Positions 1 through 8,524 of a stretch of 64,000 bases of DNA are shown piece by piece (within the stretch, counting starts at the first letter, position 1; each line of letters begins with the position of its first letter). The position numbers and the translations under genes were made by a program. Origin of the DNA: an uncultured Ignavibacteria bacterium (lineage in GTDB: Bacteria > Zixibacteria > MSB-5A5 > RBG-16-43-9). The notes under the pieces were generated by a model. That model saw only the letters and a list, made by a program, of their open reading frames with translations, made no database searches and had not been told where the DNA came from. The stretch spans positions 25,507 to 89,506 of the forward strand of contig CAZEDM010000010.1 in the NCBI GenBank assembly GCA_964511075.1. The letters are read 5' to 3'.

Positions 1-636
1 AACCCCTTTAATTCTTTTACCGCCTGTAAATAAGTGAATTCTTAGTCCCTGTTTTTGAATTTTCACATTAAAAAAAACTTTTTCGGGACAATAGTAGAAT
101 ACTCCATTTTTAGCAGGTTTTCTCCATATAGCTTTATTGATTTTCATAACGGTTTCATGAAATTCTTCATACAATTTTTTTGAATTTGTATAGTCTTTAT
201 ATAAATCTTCAAGATTGTACTCACTTATCTGGGAGACCTTATCAGGTTCTTCGATTACCTGATTAGGATATTTTTCATACTCTGATTTTAATTCAATAAC
301 TTCAAGATCTTTCGGACATTGTGTCCAGTCGTGTTCCCAGCAAACTATCATATCACATTTAGAGCCGGAATTCATGCTGTTTAAATGTCCATGTTTTACA
401 AAATCTGATGATTTAAACTCAAATTCTATGTTCACCTCCTCCCATTGACCCCTGCCCACATATCGCTTTGCTATACAATCAGGAAATCCCCGTCGTATTG
501 TCTCTATGTATAAATTCAAATCATTAGTCAGCTTTGAGAATAAGAAGATTACTCCATTTTCTTCAACAGGAGCATAAACAAGACCTCGAAAATTTATTAG
601 TTTCCCGACAACATTTTTTCTTCTAATCATAATCAT
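1..636 (-). CDS. hypothetical protein, N-terminal part only (3' end beyond window start); PD-(D/E)xK-like motif (FPDC ... NIEFEFK)
   Basis: Own minus-strand translation from ATG at 636. It reads MIMIRRKNVVGKLINFRGLVYAPVEENGVIFLFSKLTNDLNLYIETIRRGFPDCIAKRYVGRGQWEEVNIEFEFKSSDF... and stays open for more than 210 codons to position 1. It is absent from the ORF track because there is no stop in the window. Confidence 0.4.
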   Translation of the reverse strand, partial: MIMIRRKNVVGKLINFRGLVYAPVEENGVIFLFSKLTNDLNLYIETIRRGFPDCIAKRYVGRGQWEEVNIEFEFKSSDFVKHGHLNSMNSGSKCDMIVCWEHDWTQCPKDLEVIELKSEYEKYPNQVIEEPDKVSQISEYNLEDLYKDYTNSKKLYEEFHETVMKINKAIWRKPAKNGVFYYCPEKVFFNVKIQKQGLRIHLFTGGKRIKGV

Positions 637-831
637 CCCTTATATATACAAGCACTTATTGATAAATGTTTCCTTTTCTTCGTCGTTCGCCTTCGTTCAT
701 TGTTTAGTCACTAAAAATTATTGGACTTAACTTGGTTAGAAGCGTAATAAGTTCGTTTACTCCTTCGAAATTGTGGTTATAGACGAATCTGCTGCATTTA
801 TTCCGATTTTAGGTGATGTTAACATGGTAAC

Positions 832-1080
832 TCATCTCCTCCTATCACAGTTCGTGCAAATATAAGTACCCTCAGAATCCACCACAAAGGATGTCTTTTC
901 ATCACGCCCACAGCAAGCACACTCTGCATAAACAACATCCATAATGGGAGGCTTACAGCGCCGAGTGCGCCCACAGTTGGAACAAACAATATGATCTGCT
1001 TTTACTAAAAATGTTGCACGAAATTCACGTTTACCACAACATGCACACTCGCAACCTGAGACTTGACCCCATATTGGCAT
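832..1080 (-). CDS. Cys-rich zinc-ribbon protein (four CxxC pairs)
   Basis: The 82-aa ORF has CECACCG, CSNCG, CACCG and CTNCD motifs. An AGGAG-like RBS (aggagt) lies upstream on the minus strand. It is co-oriented with the gene at 1-636. Confidence 0.5.
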   Translation of the reverse strand: MPIWGQVSGCECACCGKREFRATFLVKADHIVCSNCGRTRRCKPPIMDVVYAECACCGRDEKTSFVVDSEGTYICTNCDRRR

Positions 1081-1210
1081 TTTGCTAACTCCTTGCCTTA
1101 AACTTGGCGATTTCGCCTAAATGGTTAACAGATGACCATCTCGAATATATTCTCCCTTTGGATGTAGATTTAAACTTTAACGTTCACTATATAATAAATC
1201 CAAGAAATCT

Positions 1211-1235
1211 TTGCAACAAAAATTTTTGATTTTTA
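1211..1235. promoter_or_regulatory. AT-rich dyad motif TTGCAACAAAAATTTTTGATTTTTA (copy 1)
   Basis: Contains the perfect palindrome CAAAAATTTTTG. It lies about 130 nt upstream of the zinc-ribbon gene start on the minus strand. Confidence 0.35.
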
Positions 1236-1293
1236 TTAGTTCCTTAGCCCACTATCCCCTATTGATGCTACCCTGTGTCAAATGCTGTTATTG

Positions 1294-2064
1294 TCAATCT
1301 TTCCCCCTTTTTAATTCTAATTCAATCCTCTTCTTTGCCTCATTTATGACAAATAAAATATCCTTATGCCTGGTTGCGGGTAAGTTGTTATAATCCATTA
1401 AGGTGTGTTCGAATTCATGCCCCGGGATAAGCTCGTCAATAACGAATCTTACAGTCTGCATGGCAGTATTATGGTGGTTGTATTCACCCATGGTTTGAAT
1501 CGAGGCATATTTTAACGCACAAAACAGGCTCCATTTATTATTCTCTTCATCATCTTCGCATTTTCTATCATCTTCTTTGTGCCAGTTGGTCGAATCGGCA
1601 AGCAATTTCCCTGCCATCTCCAGCGCTTTCAAATCAACCTCCCGTGCAGGAGGGCAATACCACCAGTTAATGGCAAAATTCACTTCATCAGGTTTAATAT
1701 CCAACATCTCCCACAAAAAATACCCCAGGGAAGTCTTCATATAGATATCATCAGCTCCCCGATGATTTACCGCTTCGTATTTTATCTCTGTGGTTTTGCC
1801 GTTGGGGTAGGTAAGTGTGCCGGTTATTTCCTGTTTCTTGATAAGAGAAAATAATTTGGTGCTGTCCAGGCCGTTTTTCAAAAAATCTGGAGGTAAATCC
1901 ATCGTAAAAATAAACCCCTCCAAGAATTCAGAGGACCCTTGTAATTTTCCCTCTGTGACTTTCAGGGTAATTGGAAGATAATTATCGGGCAGTTCTTCCT
2001 GTGCATAGGCAAAAACGGAAAACAGGCATAATAAAATAAAGCATGTAACCATTTTAAATCTCAC
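1294..2064 (-). CDS. secreted hypothetical protein (N-terminal signal peptide)
   Basis: The 256-aa ORF begins with a hydrophobic N-terminus, MRFKMVTCFILLCLFSVFAYAQEE. No recognisable catalytic motifs. Confidence 0.5.
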   Translation of the reverse strand: MRFKMVTCFILLCLFSVFAYAQEELPDNYLPITLKVTEGKLQGSSEFLEGFIFTMDLPPDFLKNGLDSTKLFSLIKKQEITGTLTYPNGKTTEIKYEAVNHRGADDIYMKTSLGYFLWEMLDIKPDEVNFAINWWYCPPAREVDLKALEMAGKLLADSTNWHKEDDRKCEDDEENNKWSLFCALKYASIQTMGEYNHHNTAMQTVRFVIDELIPGHEFEHTLMDYNNLPATRHKDILFVINEAKKRIELELKRGKD

Positions 2065-2171
2065 AAGTTCTCCTTTTCAGTTTTTTAATTAATTGCATTT
2101 GACTCTGATATACCTGTCAAGGGATTCAAATTAGAGCTTTAGCTTAGAATAAAATACTGAATCCAAAAAAA

Positions 2172-2196
2172 CTTGGCAATAAAAATTTGATTTTAC
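2172..2196. promoter_or_regulatory. AT-rich dyad motif CTTGGCAATAAAAATTTGATTTTAC (copy 2)
   Basis: About 85 percent identical to copy 1. It lies about 110 nt upstream of the secreted-protein gene start on the minus strand. Confidence 0.35.
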
Positions 2197-2230
2197 AGGC
2201 TGGTTTTTCGCAGATTGCCCGACGAATCTA

Positions 2231-2271
2231 CCAAAAAATAACGTCCGACACCCGCCGGGGTGGGTCGGACG
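2231..2271 (-). terminator. intrinsic terminator (minus strand) downstream of the ABM-like gene
   Basis: The minus strand reads cgtccgaccca-ccccgg-cgggtgtcggacg followed by TTATTTTTTGG. Confidence 0.6.
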
Positions 2272-2282
2272 CTACAAAATTT

Positions 2283-2343
2283 GTAGGGACAGGGCTCGTC
2301 CCTGTCCGAACCCTAATGCGGACAGCCACCAGGGCTGTCCCTA
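2283..2343. repeat. GC-rich nested hairpin element (GTAGGGACAG...CTGTCCCTAC)
   Basis: A 10-bp outer stem encloses the inner ctgtcc/ggacag stem. It sits in an otherwise AT-rich spacer. Confidence 0.5.
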
Positions 2344-2350
2344 CATTCTG

Positions 2351-2674
2351 TCAAATGTCTATGGCAGCTTTTACCTCATAGTGCTGGGAGCGCTCATCGA
2401 AACGTGAAAGTAAAGCTCGTGCTTCAGGCGGCACGACTGCTTTCTCGTAGTCCTCGCCGGCAAACTCCCGCACAGCTTCGAGGGAATCAAACCACATTAT
2501 GGTGATGAACTCAGCCTCATCGCCGAAATTGCGCCGCAAAAGATCGATGCCGCGATACCCGCGAATGTGACGGTTGCTTATGCCGACGATGATCTCGCTT
2601 TTGAGCAGGTTCTCGTAGGCATCGGCGTTTGCCTGGGTGGTGTAACCATGCCAGATTCTGGAAATCATGGGCAA
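2351..2674 (-). CDS. small alpha/beta-barrel protein, ABM (antibiotic biosynthesis monooxygenase)-like
   Basis: The 107-aa ORF matches the ABM/Dabb-like size and pattern (W.G... EFITIMWFDSLEAVREFAG.DYE). Its GC is locally higher than the flanks. The family assignment is from memory of the fold family. Confidence 0.4.
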   Translation of the reverse strand: MPMISRIWHGYTTQANADAYENLLKSEIIVGISNRHIRGYRGIDLLRRNFGDEAEFITIMWFDSLEAVREFAGEDYEKAVVPPEARALLSRFDERSQHYEVKAAIDI

Positions 2675-2695
2675 GTCCTTGTTATAGGGTGTAAA

Positions 2696-3487
2696 TTACT
2701 TTTTCGCTATTTTCTTATCGGGTTTGTTCTCTGCAACGGTTTTGTTTCCGTTTCTGTAATATGAGGAATCTAAAATAACAAACAGCATAGTGATCTCATT
2801 CAGGATGGCGCGGATAAAAGTTCGCTCATCCTGGCCGATTTTATCGACTGGCAGAACGCAGCAGACAAGGAGGTTTAAGTTCTGCGGATTACAGATGACC
2901 GTGCTGAAGGGCGAAACCAGCTGTTTCTCGATAATCATTTTATTGCTGATAGTGGGGTGGCTGGAAGAAAAGCCCCGCCTGGTTTCAAGGCACTCGGTGA
3001 TGGTTTTCCGGGTATGGCTGTTGATTATTCTGAACAAGACCCAGTTTACGTTTACGATTTCAAGAACGCGGCCGCCGAGGAAACGAAAAGCTTTTTTAAA
3101 ATCGTTCTTCGTCTCCGGATACTTGTTGGTGTTGTTGAAGATCGATTTAATCTCCTGGATCTGGACGTTTACCTTGCCGATGTAATTCAGCGAATCGAAA
3201 AGCTTTTCCTCGGCCGTCTTCTTGTCGTTATTGATTTTTTCGATCAGCTCTCTTTGTCTGCATTCCTCACGCTTGTATAAATTCAGTATCAGGATACTCA
3301 GAAAAAACAAAATGCCGAGTAGAATACCCTCGGCAATCTCCTCATCGATAATAAATTTTTCCGATAGATATACAGAGTCCCTGATCATTATCGGAGTAGA
3401 GATCATGGAAAAAAATAGAATCGAATAGATTATCAAGTACAGAATCTGCAGGAATGAAGGTCGAGAGGTTAATTTTTTCATATGCAA
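2696..3487 (-). CDS. membrane-anchored hypothetical protein
   Basis: The 263-aa ORF has two N-terminal hydrophobic helices followed by a charged coiled-coil-like region. No kinase motifs seen. Confidence 0.45.
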   Translation of the reverse strand: MHMKKLTSRPSFLQILYLIIYSILFFSMISTPIMIRDSVYLSEKFIIDEEIAEGILLGILFFLSILILNLYKREECRQRELIEKINNDKKTAEEKLFDSLNYIGKVNVQIQEIKSIFNNTNKYPETKNDFKKAFRFLGGRVLEIVNVNWVLFRIINSHTRKTITECLETRRGFSSSHPTISNKMIIEKQLVSPFSTVICNPQNLNLLVCCVLPVDKIGQDERTFIRAILNEITMLFVILDSSYYRNGNKTVAENKPDKKIAKK

Positions 3488-3549
3488 GCAAAAAATGGCA
3501 ATAAGTAATCTTTATTTTCGATACCAGGCTTCAAGGACGAAATCCAAGA

Positions 3550-3601
3550 AATAACATCCAACACCCGCCTCAGCAGGCCGGGCGCTGCAAGCTGCCCGGC
3601 C
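3550..3601 (-). terminator. GC hairpin (ggccgggc/gcccggcc) plus conserved 20-mer, probable terminator region for the ICMT gene
   Basis: An 8-bp GC stem lies 20 nt after the stop. It shares AATAAC(A/G)TCC(A/G)ACACCCGCC with the 2237-2256 terminator. Confidence 0.35.
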
Positions 3602-3620
3602 AAATCTGTTAACTTGACCC

Positions 3621-4187
3621 TCAAAACAGGCCCGAGAGCACCTCCTTAAGAATGAAGGGTAACAGTAAAAGCAGGCAGTGAATCTCAGCCAGGGTGGAGG
3701 AGAGCAAGTATTTATTTCTTATACCTAAATTCCTGAGATGTAGGTTGCGGGGAAGCCAGCGGGGGACGTTCGACACATATTCCAGATAGGATGACCCATA
3801 GCACTTTAAAAGAGACTTTTCCTCGAAGCGGACAGCAAATGAATACACCGTTACACACCAGATGAAGGTGATGGGAAGAAACCAGAGAAGCTCTGATATG
3901 ACGGTTAGCCCCAGGCAGATGAGGATGTTCCCGATGTAAACTGGATTTCTGACGAACTGATAGGGCCCGCTGGTGGTCAATTCCCTCAGGCCCTTCAAGC
4001 GATAGCGCAGGTGCTGTTGCGCCCAGAGACGCACAGCCGTTCCCGCCAAGAAAACGATTATGCCCAGGGGCCAGATGAGGTATTCGGCTTCCGTTTCGAA
4101 ACGAGGCCAGACAAAAACGAAGATGAGCGGCAGGCTGGCCAACTCACCCCTGAACCGATGAATCAACCGAAGAATCGATTCTCGCAT
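3621..4187 (-). CDS. isoprenylcysteine carboxyl methyltransferase (ICMT)/phospholipid methyltransferase family membrane protein
   Basis: The 188-aa polytopic protein carries TSGPYQFVRNPVYIGN. This matches the ICMT-family G.Y...R(H/N)P.Y signature, which is established knowledge. Confidence 0.7.
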   Translation of the reverse strand: MRESILRLIHRFRGELASLPLIFVFVWPRFETEAEYLIWPLGIIVFLAGTAVRLWAQQHLRYRLKGLRELTTSGPYQFVRNPVYIGNILICLGLTVISELLWFLPITFIWCVTVYSFAVRFEEKSLLKCYGSSYLEYVSNVPRWLPRNLHLRNLGIRNKYLLSSTLAEIHCLLLLLPFILKEVLSGLF

Positions 4188-4564
4188 TAATATCCTTTAT
4201 CCTAAATACTGAGTTTTCCTTAACTTGTTTGTGCTGGAAAAGGCTTCAGGATCACGATTCCAGTTCATTGGGGAATTGTCGTCAAAACCCCGACATAGAC
4301 GACGGGATTCCCGAATTTATCGCTTGGGACAGGTTACCAGGATTTCGCTGTGTGGGGAAAAGTCCAACTCTTTGCTCCGATAAGGATTAATCAGGCAAAT
4401 GTGCCCGACCAACAAAGAATCAACATTTCTGTACCCGTAGTCGGGGCTCCCAGCCCCGTAACGACTTACAAAAGAGAAAACATTAATTTTGTTTGTAAAA
4501 AAGAGGGGATGCTCTTATATTTTCCATTTAAGACTGGTATGAAAAGAAGACAAAGGAGAGAATA

Positions 4565-5434
4565 ATGAAAAAGTTCGGAATTATACTCATATTAATAGCA
4601 ATCTTGGGAATAGTCCTTTATTTCCTGCTCAAGACCAACGGGGATAAGAACAAAAACCAGCTCTTCGCCTCAGGCACGATCGAGATCACAGAAGTGGAGA
4701 TAGGCTCCAGGCTTTCAGGCAGGATAGAAAAGCTGTGGGTGGATGAAGGGGACAGCGTGGCAAAGGACCAGGTCTTAATCGAGCTGGAGGCCAAAGAATT
4801 ACAGGCTCAGCTAAAACAGACTCAGGCGGCATACCAGGTCTCTCTGGCTCAGCTTTCCCAGGCGAAATCCAATCTGGCTAATCTTAAAGATAACTTAAAC
4901 CGGATAAGTGAGCTTTACCAGGCAGGTGGCGCTACCCAGCAGCAATTAGATGACCTGAAGACGAAATATCAGGTAGCAGAAGACCAGCTTAATTTAAGCC
5001 AGCACCTGGTTGAGCAGAACAAAGCCAATATAGACTTGATCAAGACCCAGATAGATAATTCCATTATCAAATCCCCAATCGATGGTCTGGTGCTGAGTAA
5101 GAATACAGAGAGAGGAGAGGTGGTATTACCCGGAACCTCCCTTTTAACCGTTGGAGACCTATCCCGTCCTTGGGTGAAAATCTACATAAAAGAGACCGAG
5201 CTGGGCAGAGTCAAATTGGGTCAAAAAGCAGAGGTTAAAGTCGATACCTACCCGGATAAAGCCTTCGAGGGGAAGGTTACCTATATCTCCAGCCAGGCAG
5301 AGTTCACCCCCAAGAATATCCAGACCAAAGAGGAAAGGGTGAAGCTGGTTTTCGGCATAAAGGTTAGCTTGGAAAATCCTCTTCAGATATTAAAGCCGGG
5401 TATGCCGGCAGATGTAACCCTGTCAAAAGATTAA
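4565..5434 (+). CDS. HlyD-family periplasmic adaptor (membrane fusion protein)
   Basis: N-terminal TM anchor. A biotin-lipoyl-like hairpin (IEITEVEIGSRLSGRIEKLWVDEGDSVAKDQVLIELE) and a coiled coil are present. RBS aggagag lies before the ATG. It is the first gene of an operon with ABC components. Confidence 0.85.
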   Translation: MKKFGIILILIAILGIVLYFLLKTNGDKNKNQLFASGTIEITEVEIGSRLSGRIEKLWVDEGDSVAKDQVLIELEAKELQAQLKQTQAAYQVSLAQLSQAKSNLANLKDNLNRISELYQAGGATQQQLDDLKTKYQVAEDQLNLSQHLVEQNKANIDLIKTQIDNSIIKSPIDGLVLSKNTERGEVVLPGTSLLTVGDLSRPWVKIYIKETELGRVKLGQKAEVKVDTYPDKAFEGKVTYISSQAEFTPKNIQTKEERVKLVFGIKVSLENPLQILKPGMPADVTLSKD

Positions 5435-5554
5435 ACAAGAAAACTGGAGTGCAAGAGCTTGCTTTTGCAATCTTTTCAATTTTGATTCTCTTTAAATTTC
5501 AACTGCTTAGCTTAAAAAAGCACCAGCAAGCTGGAGCACTCCTAATGAAATTTT

Positions 5555-6481
5555 ATGCTGGAGACTATAAATCTACAGAAGAGCTTCGATTCGCTGGTTG
5601 CCATCGATGATCTCAGCCTGAAAATAGAAAAAGGAGAGATGGTGGGGTTGGTGGGTCCGGATGGTGCGGGCAAGACCACCCTGATGCGAATTTTATCTGC
5701 GATACTTCCTCCCACTTCCGGCTCCGCAAAAGTAGCAGGATATGATATAATCAGGGATGCAGAAAAACTCAAAGAGAAAATCGGCTATATGCCCCAGAGA
5801 TTCGGTCTGTATGAGGATTTAACTGTTTTGGAGAACCTTGATTTCTTTTCCGAGCTTTATCAGTTGCCCAGAAAGAAAAAAGAGGAAAAATATAGGGAGG
5901 TATTCAGGTTCAGCCAGCTTGAGCCTTTTAAGGATTTCTTAGCCGGGAATCTTTCCGGCGGAATGAAGCAGAAATTAGCCTTATCCTGCGTGCTTCTGCA
6001 TACCCCGGAGGTTTTACTCTTAGATGAGCCTACCCGGGGAGTGGATCCGCTCTCCCGCAGGGATTTCTGGAGAATCCTTTTTGAGCAGCAGAAAGGGGGT
6101 ATGACCATTTTCATCTCCACCTCCTATATGGATGAGGCGGAAAGGTGCCAGAAGGTGGCATTTCTGGATAAAGGCAGGTTAATCGCCTACCAGACTCCAG
6201 CCAAATTAAAAATGATTATGGGCAGGGCTCTTTACGAGATGAGTTGTAACAAAACAAGAGCAGCAAAATCTATTCTGGAAAAAGAGGAAAGCATATCCGG
6301 GGTCTCCCTGTTTGGCGAAAAGATTCATTTTACCCTGAAGGATGAAAATATCTTAGAAATCCTCAAAACCAGGCTGAAAGAGACGGGCATCGAGATTTTC
6401 AGCCTGAATACAGCCGAACCCTCAATGGAGGATATCTTTATCTTCTTAAAGCAGGATAAAAAAGAGACTCAGAATGGATAG
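5555..6481 (+). CDS. ABC transporter ATP-binding protein (ABC-2/DrrA-like)
   Basis: Walker A GPDGAGKTT, signature LSGGMKQKL and Walker B LLLDEPT. Confidence 0.9.
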   Translation: MLETINLQKSFDSLVAIDDLSLKIEKGEMVGLVGPDGAGKTTLMRILSAILPPTSGSAKVAGYDIIRDAEKLKEKIGYMPQRFGLYEDLTVLENLDFFSELYQLPRKKKEEKYREVFRFSQLEPFKDFLAGNLSGGMKQKLALSCVLLHTPEVLLLDEPTRGVDPLSRRDFWRILFEQQKGGMTIFISTSYMDEAERCQKVAFLDKGRLIAYQTPAKLKMIMGRALYEMSCNKTRAAKSILEKEESISGVSLFGEKIHFTLKDENILEILKTRLKETGIEIFSLNTAEPSMEDIFIFLKQDKKETQNG

Positions 6482-7406
6482 AGACGATTTCGCAGTTGAG
6501 GTCGAAAACTTAGTCAAAAAATTCGGCGATTTCACCGCAGTGGATAATATCACCTTCCAGGTGAAAAAAGGAGAGGTCTTCGGTTTCTTGGGACCCAATG
6601 GTGCTGGAAAGACCACCACCATCAGGATGCTCTGCGGGCTTTTGACTCCCACCTCAGGCAGGGGAAGAGTGGGAGAATACGATATTTTCACCCAGTCAGA
6701 GAAAGTCAAGGAAAACATTGGGTATATGTCCCAGAAGTTCTCCTTATACGAGGAATTAACTGTGGAGGAGAATATCGATTTTTACTCTGGGATTTACAAG
6801 GTCAAAAAGGAGCTTAAAAAAGAGAGGAAAGAATGGGTCTTGAGGATGGCAGAGCTTGAGGATAAAAGGGAAAGGCAGACGAGGGAGTTAGCCCTGGGTT
6901 GGAAGCAGAGATTAGCCTTGGGCTGTGCACTTCTGCATAACCCCCCCATCCTTTTTTTGGATGAGCCTACTTCTGGAGTTGATCCCATTTCAAGACGTAA
7001 TTTCTGGGATTTAATCTATTCCATCTCAGATAATGGGACCACGGTTTTCGTTACCACCCATTATATGGATGAAGCTGAATACTGTCATCGCCTGGGGCTT
7101 ATCTTCAAGGGGAAGTTAGTGCAGATGGGAACTCCGGAGGAGTTAAAAGGCAAATCTGTGTCCGGCTCAATCTGGGAGCTGGAATGTGATAATCCAATTG
7201 AGGCTCTGGATTTTTTGCACAAGGATGAAAGGGTCATCGAAGCCTCCCTTTTCGGAATGAATATTCATCTACTCCTCCCCTCAGGTGAGGAACCAAATTA
7301 TCTTTCTCAAATTCTTAAGGAGAAAGGGATTGAGGTCGTACGGTTACAGAAGGTTACCCCTTCCTTAGAGGATGCTTTTGTGTCTTTAATCCGCAAGGAG
7401 AATTAG
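6474..7406 (+). CDS. ABC transporter ATP-binding protein (second, paralogous ATPase)
   Basis: Walker A GPNGAGKTTT and Walker B LFLDEPTSGVD. It overlaps the upstream gene by 8 nt. Confidence 0.9.
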   Translation: MDRDDFAVEVENLVKKFGDFTAVDNITFQVKKGEVFGFLGPNGAGKTTTIRMLCGLLTPTSGRGRVGEYDIFTQSEKVKENIGYMSQKFSLYEELTVEENIDFYSGIYKVKKELKKERKEWVLRMAELEDKRERQTRELALGWKQRLALGCALLHNPPILFLDEPTSGVDPISRRNFWDLIYSISDNGTTVFVTTHYMDEAEYCHRLGLIFKGKLVQMGTPEELKGKSVSGSIWELECDNPIEALDFLHKDERVIEASLFGMNIHLLLPSGEEPNYLSQILKEKGIEVVRLQKVTPSLEDAFVSLIRKEN

Positions 7407-7410
7407 AAAG

Positions 7411-8523
7411 GTGAATCTTAAAAGGCTCTGGGCAGTTGGCTACAAGGAATCTCTTCAGATTCTAAGAGATATCAGGGTTTTGATAATGGCGTTTGCCATT
7501 CCCCTTATACTGCTGATCCTTTTCGGCTATGCAGTCACCCTGGATATTAATAATCTGCTCATGGGGGTCTATGACCAGGACAATTCACGGGAAAGCAGGG
7601 AACTGGTGGAAAGCCTGGTTCAATCAGGATATTTCTCAATTAAAGATTATGTGAAAAGTTATGAGGAACTGGAGACACTCCTTGAGAAAAGTGAAATCAA
7701 AATTGCCCTGGTGATACCTCAGAATTTCTCCGCGGACTTAAAATCGGGCAAAAAGATAGAGGTTCAAACTATATTAGATGGCAGCGATGCTAACACTGCC
7801 AGCATAGGAAGTGGGTATCTTTCAGGAGGGTTACTGCTTTTCTCTTCAAAGATGGCCCAGTCGGATAATGCGCCTGCGATCGAGGGAAGAACCAGGATAT
7901 GGTACAACCAGGAGCTTAAAAGCAAAAATTTCATCATACCCGGCTTGATAGCGGTGATTATGATGATAATAGGTGCCCTGCTTACCTCCCTGGTGATAGC
8001 ACGGGAATGGGAAAGGGGAACTATGGAGCAGTTAATTGCCACACCGGTCAAGTCCTCCGAGCTGATCTTCGGTAAGCTGATACCCTATTTTCTTGTGGGG
8101 ATGATAGATCTGCTTGTGGCAGTTATTCTGGCAAGGCTCCTCTTCAAAGTTCCCTTTAGAGGTGATTACCTTTTTATGTTTTTGGTCTCGGGGATATTTC
8201 TGCTTGGAGCCTTAGGCATCGGAATGTTCATCTCCATCTTGACCAAATCCCAGCAGTTAGCTTATCAGATGGCTATGCTGACGTCCTTTCTTCCCGGGTA
8301 CATCCTCTCAGGTTTCATCTTCCCCATTTTCAATATGCCCCTGTTCTTGAGGGTTATCACCCATATCGTGCCAGCCCGGTATTATATAAGAATCCTTCAG
8401 GATATTTTTCTGAAAGGTAATGGCCTTAAGATCCTGGGAGGGGAGATTCTGCTTTTATCAATATTCGCCCTGATGATGCTGACCATAGCCAATCTCATCT
8501 TTAAGAAAAGACTGCCGGATTAA
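7411..8523 (+). CDS. ABC-2 family transporter permease
   Basis: GTG start. N-terminal TM, a large extracytoplasmic loop, then five C-terminal TM helices. This is the typical ABC-2 (YhhJ-like) topology. Confidence 0.8.
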   Translation: MNLKRLWAVGYKESLQILRDIRVLIMAFAIPLILLILFGYAVTLDINNLLMGVYDQDNSRESRELVESLVQSGYFSIKDYVKSYEELETLLEKSEIKIALVIPQNFSADLKSGKKIEVQTILDGSDANTASIGSGYLSGGLLLFSSKMAQSDNAPAIEGRTRIWYNQELKSKNFIIPGLIAVIMMIIGALLTSLVIAREWERGTMEQLIATPVKSSELIFGKLIPYFLVGMIDLLVAVILARLLFKVPFRGDYLFMFLVSGIFLLGALGIGMFISILTKSQQLAYQMAMLTSFLPGYILSGFIFPIFNMPLFLRVITHIVPARYYIRILQDIFLKGNGLKILGGEILLLSIFALMMLTIANLIFKKRLPD

Positions 8524-8524
8524 T

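Noticed and set aside
1579-1854. Numerous 60-150-aa ORFs in the six-frame track that lie antisense to or out of frame within large, well-supported genes (e.g. 1579-1854, 5542-5772, 6446-6718, 13077-13493, 21293-21586, 33984-34424, 40986-41552, 44994-45533)
   Set aside because: They overlap genes with strong family motifs. They lack RBS and have low-complexity or odd composition typical of shadow ORFs. Not called.
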